A stretch of 64,000 bases of DNA from an uncultured Planctomycetota bacterium (GTDB lineage Bacteria > Planctomycetota > Planctomycetia > Isosphaerales > Isosphaeraceae). A program made the position numbers and the translations under genes. The notes under the pieces were generated by a model. That model searched no databases and was not told the DNA's origin. It worked only from the letters and a program-made list of their open reading frames with translations. The stretch lies in NCBI GenBank assembly GCA_963737655.1, contig CAVTTN010000002.1, positions 6,144,001 through 6,208,000 on the forward strand. Reading direction: 5' to 3'. This document shows positions 24,273 to 31,758 of this stretch, piece after piece (the first letter of the stretch is position 1; every line of letters begins with the position of its first letter).

Positions 24273-24977
24273 TCAGCCCTCGGGCCGGACCAGGCCGATC
24301 CTCACGGCGTAGCGGACCAGCCCGGGGACATCGTGGATGCCCAGGCGATCCATGAGCATCCGTCGGTGGGTCTCGACCGTCTTGGCGCTGACCCCGAGGG
24401 ACCGGGCGATCGCCTTGGTCGTCTGCCCCTCGGCGATCCCCCGGAGGACGTCGCGCTGTCGGGGCGTGAGCCGGTCCTCGGCCGGCTCGTCCGGGCCGGG
24501 GGCGGCGGGCGTCCGGGCCGGGGCCTCGTGGTGGAGATACGTCCCGCCCCGGGCCACCTCGCGGAGGGCCCGGGCCAGGTCCTCGACCTCGGCATCCTTC
24601 GGCAGGAAGCCCGCGGCCCCCGCCTTCTCCGCCTCGCGGACGTAGACCTCGTCCCGGTGCATCGACAGGACGATCACCCGGGTCTCCGGGAACTCGGCGG
24701 CGACCCGCGCCGCCAGTTCCAGCCCGTTGAGACCGGGCATCGCGATATCGGTCAGGAGCACGTCGGGCCGGAGCTCGGCCACCAGGCGGAGGCCCGTCAC
24801 GCCGTCGGCCGCCTCGGCGATGACCTCGACGCCCTCCAGCCCCCGGAGCAGGACGCGGAGGGCGGCGCGAAGCAGGGCGTGGTCGTCGGCCACGACCACG
24901 CGGGTCGGCGGCCCCGGCCCTCCCCCCGAGGGCCCGTAAGGCTCGCGTGCGGATCGCCCCGAGTCGCGATCGCTCAT
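24273..24977 (-). CDS. NarL/LuxR-family response regulator
   Basis: VVVADDH, DIAMPGLNGLE, LuxR HTH LTPRQRDVL...KTVETHR. Confidence 0.95.
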   Translation of the reverse strand: MSDRDSGRSAREPYGPSGGGPGPPTRVVVADDHALLRAALRVLLRGLEGVEVIAEAADGVTGLRLVAELRPDVLLTDIAMPGLNGLELAARVAAEFPETRVIVLSMHRDEVYVREAEKAGAAGFLPKDAEVEDLARALREVARGGTYLHHEAPARTPAAPGPDEPAEDRLTPRQRDVLRGIAEGQTTKAIARSLGVSAKTVETHRRMLMDRLGIHDVPGLVRYAVRIGLVRPEG

Positions 24978-25189
24978 GGCACCGCCCCCTTCGTCAGGGA
25001 TGCCGGCCCCATCGCGCCGCTCTCCTGCCCGGCGACGCCTCGGCTCCGGCTATGGAGGCCAGGACGAACGCCCCGGCCTCAAAGGATTTTAACGCGAATG
25101 ATCCTCCACATGCCCAGAAAAAAGAATTTCACCGATCTCAGAATTCCGGCCCCGCGAGACCGGGCCGCGGGGAGGCCGAGGACCGGCGG

Positions 25190-26361
25190 TCACTTCCTCG
25201 CCTTCGCCCCCGACTCCGCCGCCTTCCCGAACGCGCCCGCGCCGCCCCGCCGTCGCCGGGGAACCCCGCGTGCTGGACCAGCCAGACCAGGATCAGCCCT
25301 CGGTCGCGATCGACGTGCATATCCGTCGAATACGCCCCGCCGTGGCCGAACGAATTCCCGCCGACCGACCAGCCCAGCCCGTATCCTTCTTTCACGTCCG
25401 GCCTCGTCTGCTTCTTCGTCATCTCCGCGATCGCCTCGGCCGAGACGTACCGCTTGCCGTCGAGCTCCCCGCCGTTGAGGAGCATCCTCAGGAACTTCGC
25501 CAGGTCCTCGGCCGTCGAGAACAGCCCTCCGGCCGGCATCGGCTGTCGGGAGCGGTCGTCCAGGGGGTACTTGAGCTGGCCGATGGTCGTCTCCTCCAGC
25601 CCGGCCTTCGCCGAGTCCGGCCTGTACGACTTCGCCAACCGGGCGAGCTGGTCCCCGCTCGGCCAGAACGTCGTGTCCTTCATCCCCAGGGGCTTGAACA
25701 GGCGATCGTCAAGAAATTGCTCATAGGGCATGCCCGAGACCACCTCGATGATCCGCCCGGCCGTGTTGATGCCCGCGTTCGAGTATTGATATTTCGCCCC
25801 GGGCTCGGACTGGAGCGGCGTCATCGCGTAGCTCATCGCCCCTTCGCGGAGCGTGAGGAGGTCCAGGGTGGGCCGCTCCATCGCCGAGGAGAACGGCAGG
25901 CCCGAGGTGTGGCTGAGGACCTCGCGGACGGTGATCGGGTGCGACGGCCTCTTCAGGATCACGTAATCCTTGTCGCGAGCGGCCGAGACCCAGAGGTCGC
26001 CGAACTCGGGCAGGAATTTCGCCACCGGGTCGTCCAGCTTCACCTTGCCCTCGTCCACCAGCATCATCAAGGCCGTCGCGGTGATCGGCTTGGACTGCGA
26101 GGCGATCCAGAACAGGGCGTCCCGGGGCATCGCCTTCTTCGCGGCGACGTCCGACCACCCGACCGCGTCGACGCTCACCACGCCGTCCTTGTCCGCCACG
26201 AGGGCGACGGCGCCGGCCAGGACCCCGCGATCGACGTACGGCTTCAAGGCAGACGCGACGGCTTCGGACGATTTCCGCTCCTCCTGGGCGATCGCGGGGG
26301 CCGCGACCATCCCGGCGACGAGGCAGGCCAGAAGCGTTCGGGACGAGGGGGACCGGCTCAT
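25190..26361 (-). CDS. Serine hydrolase, beta-lactamase class C/AmpC-like family
   Basis: FWIASQSK (SxxK), LSHTSG, YQYSN, PAGGLFST, FGHGG. Probable true stop at 25190 after a frameshift near 25237; the ORF track runs on to 25138. Confidence 0.88.
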
Positions 26362-26573
26362 GGGCGGGACTCTCAGGGTTCCAGGGGTGATCGGCGAGTC
26401 TCGCCGAGCATGGCCGCCGGCCGCCGTCGATGCAAGGGACGCGCGGGCGCCGCGACCCCGGTCCGAGGCGGCGGATTGTCCGGCGATCGGCCCCGGTCTA
26501 TGATCGGGGCGAGGGTCGCGAGGGCGCTCGCGGCCCGATCCGGGTCGGTCGGCCGAACCTCCAGGGGCCTCGC

Positions 26574-27673
26574 ATGGCGTCTGTCCCCAGCCCGCGAAGA
26601 CGACGGATCGCCCGGGGCGTGCTCGACGGCCTGGCGGCGGTCGCGGCCCTGGCCGCCGTGGGATGTGTCGCGTTCGTCTTCCAGCCCTTCGGCCGACGGA
26701 CCTGGACGTTCGCCGCGGCCCTGGCGGCGTTCGCCTGGCTGGCCCGGGGGCTCTGCGCCGAGCCCCGGGCCCCTCGCCCGCCCGGGGGATCGGCCGGGCC
26801 CCCCGGGCGACCCTCGCGGGGGGGCTGGCCGTCTGGCTCGGCCTGATCGCCTGGGCGGCGGTCAGCCCCGGAGGGCCGATCCCCCCTCCGAAGGCCGACC
26901 CGACGGCCCTCCGCATCCTGACCTGGAACATCCTCTTCGGCTCCGACGGCGGCCCGCCCTGGGGCCGCAAGGACTGGGCCGTCCGCAAGCTCGCCCTGCG
27001 CGACGCCCTCCGCGCCACGCGGCCGGACCTCCTCTGCGTCCAGGAGGCCCTGGACGGCCAGGTCCGGTTCCTCGAAGCCGAGCTGCCCGGCCACCGCCGC
27101 GAGGGGGTCGGCCGCGACGACGGCCGATCGGCGGGCGAGCACTGCGCCATCTTCTTCGACGCCTCCCGGTTCGACCGGCTCGACGGCGGCACGTTCTGGC
27201 TGGAGGAGCCCTCCGACCGTCCTCCCGGCGGCCCGAGGCTCGGCCCCAAGAGGATCTGCACCTGGGTCCGACTCCGAGACCGGACGACCGGCCGGGCGCT
27301 CCGCCTCTACAACGCCCACCTCTACCTGACCGAGGCGGCGCAGATCCGGGCCGACCGGATCCTCCTGGCGCGGGTCGCCTCGGGAGACCCCGGGGACGAC
27401 GTGTTCCTCGCCGGGGACTTCAACGCCACGCCCGGCTCGCCGAGTCGGAACCTCCTCTCCGACTCGGGGCTCGTTCCGGCGTCTCGGCCCTCGGCCGAGG
27501 CCCCCGACGCGCCGACCTACCAGTTCTACGGCCTCCGCTGGAAGAGCCTCGACGAGATCTACGCGAGCCCGGGCTGGCGCGCCTCGGGGCGGTGGGTCGT
27601 GGACGCGAAGCCGGGGAACAGCTTCCCTTCCGACCATTTCGGCGTCCTCGCCGACCTCGTCCCCCGGCGCTGA
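26574..27673 (+). CDS. Endonuclease/exonuclease/phosphatase family protein with N-terminal TM helices (apparent frameshift ~26790)
   Basis: LRILTWNI, DLLCVQE, GDFNA, PSDHFGV. Confidence 0.85.
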
Positions 27674-27770
27674 TCGCCGGCGGCCCGACCCTTCGGCACC
27701 CCCTCCCGGGCTCGGCAAACTCCCGGCCCGGTTCGGTTCGGCCCGCCTCCCTTTCGACCAGGAGTCCTCC

Positions 27771-29531
27771 ATGAGATTCCGAATCGCCCTCGCGGCCGTC
27801 GCCCTCGCGGCCTCTCCGGCCCTCGCCGACGACCCGCCCTCCGACATCCGCGAACTCAAGCTCCGCGACTGGGAGCCGAAGTCGAGGATGGTGACGAAGG
27901 CCACCGCCGTCGATCGGCCGAAATTCCCGGTGATCGACGTCCACAACCACCTCGGCGGGGGCAAGGACCGGCTGACTCCCGAACTCGTCGCCCGATACCT
28001 CCGCGAGATGGACGCCGCCGGGGTCCAGACCGTCGTGAACCTCGACGGCGGCTGGGGCGATCGGCTGGTCGAGACGATCGCCGCCCTCGACTCGGCCCAC
28101 CCCGGCCGCTTCCTCACCTTCGCCCTGATCGACTTCTCCGGGATCGACGACGAGGGCTGGAGCCGGCGAGAAGCCGACCGCCTCGAACAGAGCTTCCGCG
28201 CCGGCGCCCGGGGCCTGAAGTTCCACAAGACGTTCGGCCTGAACGTCCGGTACAGGGACGGCCGGCTCGTCCCCGTCGACGACCCCAAGCTCGACCCGAT
28301 CTGGGACGTCTGCGCCCGCCAGAACCGGCCCGTCCTGATCCACACGGCCGACCCCTCCGCGTTCTTCACCCCGCTCGATCGCTTCAACGAACGCTGGCAT
28401 GAACTCAACCAGAACCCCGGATGGCTGTTCTTCGGCGACAGGTTCCCGAGGCGGCAGGACCTGCTCGACGCCCTCCACCGGGTGATCGCCAACCACCCCG
28501 GGACCACGTTCATCAACACCCACTTCGGCAACAACGCCGAGGACCTGGCGGCCGTCGCGGAGAAGCTCGACAAATACCCCAACATGTTCGTGGACATCGA
28601 CGCGAGGATCTCCGAGCTCGGCCGCCAGCCCTACTCGGCCCGCCGGTTCTTCCTCAAGTATCAGGACCGAATCCTCTTCGGCACCGACACCCCGCCCGAC
28701 CGCAAGGCGTATCGCATCTACTATCGCTTCCTCGAAACGGATGACGAGTACTTCGACTGTTCCGAGAGCCACCATCGCCAGGGATTCTGGAACATCTACG
28801 GGATTTTCCTGCCCGACGAGGTGCTCGAAAAGGTCTACCGCAAGAACGCCGAGCGTCTGCTGGCGATCCCCCCGGCCTCGACGGCCTCGAAGGAGCTTCG
28901 AATCCGCCGGACGGAGGACTTCGAGGTCACCGGCGACGGCTCGGCGGCGGCCTGGGCGAAGGCCGAGTGGACCCCGCTGAGCGGCAAGGGCCGCGGCGAT
29001 CACCCGGAGACTCGCATCAAGGCCCTCTATTCGTCCAGGGGCCTCTACGTGCTGATGGACGCGGCCGACCGCAAGGTGACCTCGACGAAGACCGAGGACT
29101 TCGACAGCCTCTGGCTGGAGGACGTCTTCGAGGTCTTCCTCTGGCCCGACGAGCGCGACCCGATCTATTTCGAGTACGAGATTTCGCCCCGAAACAAGGA
29201 GCTGGCGATCCTCGTGCCGAACCTCGACGGCAAGTTCCTCGGCTGGCGCCCGTGGTTCTACGGAGGCGACCGCAAGACGAAGAAGGCGACCTCGGCCCGA
29301 GGCGGCAAGCTCGAACCGGGGGCCGAAATCACCGGCTGGACCGCGGAAATCTTCCTCCCCTTCGAGCTGCTCCGGCCCCTGAGGAACGTCCCGCCGAAGC
29401 CGGGGACGCGCTGGAGGGGCAATTTCTACCGGGTCGATTACGACGACGGCAAGGCCACCGAATGGGACTGGTCCCGGGTCGGCCCAAGCTTCCACGACTT
29501 CCAACGATTCGGAGTCCTCGTGTTCGAATAA
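27771..29531 (+). CDS. Amidohydrolase family protein fused to a C-terminal CBM9-like/DOMON-type domain
   Basis: VIDVHNH, GLKFHK, LIHTADP, ILFGTD; C-terminal LWLEDVFEVF, YFEYEISP, WRGNFYRVD. Confidence 0.85.
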   Translation: MRFRIALAAVALAASPALADDPPSDIRELKLRDWEPKSRMVTKATAVDRPKFPVIDVHNHLGGGKDRLTPELVARYLREMDAAGVQTVVNLDGGWGDRLVETIAALDSAHPGRFLTFALIDFSGIDDEGWSRREADRLEQSFRAGARGLKFHKTFGLNVRYRDGRLVPVDDPKLDPIWDVCARQNRPVLIHTADPSAFFTPLDRFNERWHELNQNPGWLFFGDRFPRRQDLLDALHRVIANHPGTTFINTHFGNNAEDLAAVAEKLDKYPNMFVDIDARISELGRQPYSARRFFLKYQDRILFGTDTPPDRKAYRIYYRFLETDDEYFDCSESHHRQGFWNIYGIFLPDEVLEKVYRKNAERLLAIPPASTASKELRIRRTEDFEVTGDGSAAAWAKAEWTPLSGKGRGDHPETRIKALYSSRGLYVLMDAADRKVTSTKTEDFDSLWLEDVFEVFLWPDERDPIYFEYEISPRNKELAILVPNLDGKFLGWRPWFYGGDRKTKKATSARGGKLEPGAEITGWTAEIFLPFELLRPLRNVPPKPGTRWRGNFYRVDYDDGKATEWDWSRVGPSFHDFQRFGVLVFE

Positions 29532-29548
29532 TCCAAGGAGAAGTTCCT

Positions 29549-29716
29549 GTAGGGTGCATGAAATGCACCGTTGTGTAGGGTGCATGAAATGCACCAAGCC
29601 CGCGGGGGTTCTCGGCCGCCTTCCTCGTCCTCGTGGGGGCCGTCTCAAGCGCAGGTTGAGGGAATCGGTAGACGGCCCTCGGCCGTCGCGATGTTGGTGC
29701 ATTGCATGCACCCGAC
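29549..29716. repeat. REP-like cluster, family C (GTAGGGTGCATGAAATGCACC): two direct copies plus one inverted
   Basis: Copies at 29549-29569, 29575-29595 and inverted at 29696-29716; same family at 54562-54697. Confidence 0.85.
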
Positions 29717-29751
29717 GGGGTCATTCCCCAGGATGCCCCACAAGAAACCCC

Positions 29752-29780
29752 TTGACGCACGCCGCTTCACCCGCTATCAT
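29752..29780 (+). promoter_or_regulatory. Putative sigma-70 promoter
   Basis: TTGACG-17 bp-TATCAT, upstream of RBS AAGGAGG and the ATG at 29827. Confidence 0.7.
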
Positions 29781-29826
29781 AGTGTTCGTTAGTCCAGTTT
29801 GGCGGGCAGAAGCAAGGAGGTGGGCG

Positions 29827-30117
29827 ATGACCCCCGATTCCAGTTCGAATCCGACCGTCGATGTGGTCCGATGGACGTTCACGGCCGATCCCGCCCATCG
29901 GGGCGAGATCGAGAGCCACCTGGACGACCTCGGGGCCGACGTGGTGGCCCGGGGCGAGGGGCAGTTCGTGGTCTCGTGGGAAGAGCCCGAGGGCGATCTG
30001 GACGAGGTTTTGGAAGCCCTCTGGGCCCTCAACGGGTCGCCGTTCGAGGTCACTCAGGAGGAGTTCCACCGGGTGGCCATCCACAGCCTGTCTCCGGCCG
30101 AGGCGGACGCGGCCTGA
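29827..30117 (+). CDS. Small acidic hypothetical protein
   Basis: Strong RBS (AAGGAGGT), upstream promoter, host-like codon usage. Confidence 0.7.
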   Translation: MTPDSSSNPTVDVVRWTFTADPAHRGEIESHLDDLGADVVARGEGQFVVSWEEPEGDLDEVLEALWALNGSPFEVTQEEFHRVAIHSLSPAEADAA

Positions 30118-30156
30118 TCGCTCGCGAGATCGATGGCTTGAGGAGACATCCCGACG

Positions 30157-30918
30157 ATGGACGCGGCCCCCTCGAAGATCGCGATCGTGACCGGCGCCGG
30201 CTCGGGGATCGGACGGGCGGCGGCCCTGGCCCTGCTGGGCGAGGGATACTCCGTCGCCCTCGCCGGCCGGCGGCCCGAGCCGTTGCACGAGACGGCCGCG
30301 CTCGCCGGGTCGGCCGGGGGCCGGGCCCTGGTCGTCCCGGCCGACGTGACCGACGAGACCTCGGTCCTCAACCTGTTCGAAGCGACCCTCCGGGCGTTCG
30401 GCCGGCTCGACCTGCTGTTCAACAACGCCGGGACGAACCTGCCGGCCACCAGCGTCGGCGACCTGACGTTCGAGGGGTGGAAACGGGTCCTCGACGCCAA
30501 TCTGACCGGGGCGTTCCTCTGCTCTCGCGAGGCGTTCCGCCGGATGAAGGCCCAATCGCCCCGAGGCGGGCGGATCATCAACAACGGGTCGATCTCGGCC
30601 TACACGCCCCGGCCGGGCTCGGCCCCCTACACGGCGGCCAAGCACGCGATCACCGGCCTGACCAAGAGCACGGCCCTGGACGGCCGCCCGTTCGACATCG
30701 CCTGCGGCCAGATCGACGTCGGCAACGCCGAGACGCCGATGACCGCGAAGATGAAGGACGGCGTCCCCCAGCCCAACGGCTCCACGGCCGCCGAGCCGAC
30801 GATCGACCCGGCGCTCGTGGCCCGGGCCGTCGTCTACATGGCCAGCCTCCCCCTGGAGGCGAACGTCCTCACCATGACGGTCATGGCCACCAAGATGCCG
30901 TTCGTGGGGCGGGGCTGA
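30157..30918 (+). CDS. Short-chain dehydrogenase/reductase (SDR)
   Basis: [17 protein letters not shown] (YxxxK). Confidence 0.95.
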   Translation: MDAAPSKIAIVTGAGSGIGRAAALALLGEGYSVALAGRRPEPLHETAALAGSAGGRALVVPADVTDETSVLNLFEATLRAFGRLDLLFNNAGTNLPATSVGDLTFEGWKRVLDANLTGAFLCSREAFRRMKAQSPRGGRIINNGSISAYTPRPGSAPYTAAKHAITGLTKSTALDGRPFDIACGQIDVGNAETPMTAKMKDGVPQPNGSTAAEPTIDPALVARAVVYMASLPLEANVLTMTVMATKMPFVGRG

Positions 30919-30945
30919 AGTTCCGAAAAAAGCCGCACTGCCCCC

Positions 30946-30974
30946 TTGCATGCGTTCGGCGACACCATTAGAAG
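30946..30974 (+). promoter_or_regulatory. Putative sigma-70 promoter of ncRNA unit 1
   Basis: TTGCAT-17 bp-TAGAAG; hexamers and spacing are conserved in unit 2 while the spacer sequence differs. Confidence 0.6.
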
Positions 30975-30979
30975 AGTCC

Positions 30980-31252
30980 TGCTCTCGACGAGAGGCAAGG
31001 GTCCGGGAGGACAGGTCTAGCTCGGTGCCCTGCACCGGGGCGGCGTTGCGCCGCCCGAGCGTTCGGCCGGTCATGCGTCACAACGAAGGCTGTTTCAGAC
31101 TCGCTTCTCGGGGGAATTACCCCACCGGGGCCTGCGGGTCTGGAGCAACCCCGCCGATCGGGGTTCCGCAGGCCCCGGTGGGGTAATTCCCCCGGCGAGT
31201 CCGAGAGCCTTCGATGTCCCAGGTCTTGAAGTAGAGCGGCCTCCCCGACCCC
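30980..31252 (+). ncRNA. Putative retron msr-msd ncRNA, copy 1
   Basis: Terminal a1/a2-like imperfect inverted repeat (GGGTC.GGGAGG..TCTA, 30999-31019, vs TAGA..CCTCCC.GACCC, 31232-31251). Candidate branch G at 31020. Two short msr hairpins (31023-31037; GGGCGGCG-TTG-CGCCGCCC 31038-31056). Long msd hairpin 31084-31213 with a perfect 29-bp stem, 31109-31137 / 31166-31194. Lies upstream of a retron RT operon. Confidence 0.8.
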
Positions 31253-31261
31253 GATTCCGTG

Positions 31262-31311
31262 CGAGGCGGGCCGGACTCTCCCTCCGGCCCGCCTCGTCTC
31301 GGGTCGATTTT
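31262..31311 (+). terminator. GC-rich hairpin after ncRNA copy 1 (possible terminator or processing site)
   Basis: CGAGGCGGGCCGGA-CTCTCCC-TCCGGCCCGCCTCG (14-bp perfect stem), with a short ATTTT at 31307-31311. Confidence 0.5.
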
Positions 31312-31353
31312 CGACGAGTCGAGATGAAGTTTGACGAAATTCGGACGGGGCCC

Positions 31354-31382
31354 TTGCATGCGTGTCCCGGCATCATTAGAAG
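31354..31382 (+). promoter_or_regulatory. Putative sigma-70 promoter of ncRNA unit 2 / retron operon
   Basis: TTGCAT-17 bp-TAGAAG, exactly 408 bp downstream of the first. Confidence 0.6.
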
Positions 31383-31387
31383 AGTCC

Positions 31388-31660
31388 TGCGCTCGACGAG
31401 AGCAAGGGGTCCGGGAGGAGAGGTCTAGCTCGGTGCCCTGCACCGGGGCGGCGTTGCGCCGCCCGAGCGTTCGGCCGGTCATGCGTCACAACGAAGGCTG
31501 TTTCAGACTCGCTGACCGGGGTGATCACGACCCCTACGGCGGCGGGTCTGGAGCAACCCCGCCGATCGGGGTTCCGCCGCCGTAGGGGTCGTGATCACCC
31601 CGGCGAGTCCGAGAGCCTTCGATGTCCCAGGTCTTGAAGTAGAGCGACCTCCCCGACCCC
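31388..31660 (+). ncRNA. Putative retron msr-msd ncRNA, copy 2 (different msd stem)
   Basis: Same architecture as copy 1 at +408 bp; 31421-31513 is identical to 31013-31105. Candidate branch G at 31428. Perfect 30-bp stem 31516-31545 / 31574-31603 of different sequence. Confidence 0.8.
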
Positions 31661-31758
31661 GATTCGTCGCGGGGCGGGCCGGACTCTCCCTCCGGCCCGC
31701 CTCGCGTCGGGTCGAACTGCCCGACACGTCTCCCGACCTTCGAGGCGAGGAACCGGCC

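Noticed and set aside
30946..31714. The tandem 408-bp units read as a CRISPR array, MITE/IS ends or small CDSs (e.g. ORFs 30950-31186, 31331-31585, 31117-31482)
   Set aside because: Only two long units, no transposase or target duplication. Variation is compensatory for base pairing rather than codon-preserving, which fits a structured ncRNA.
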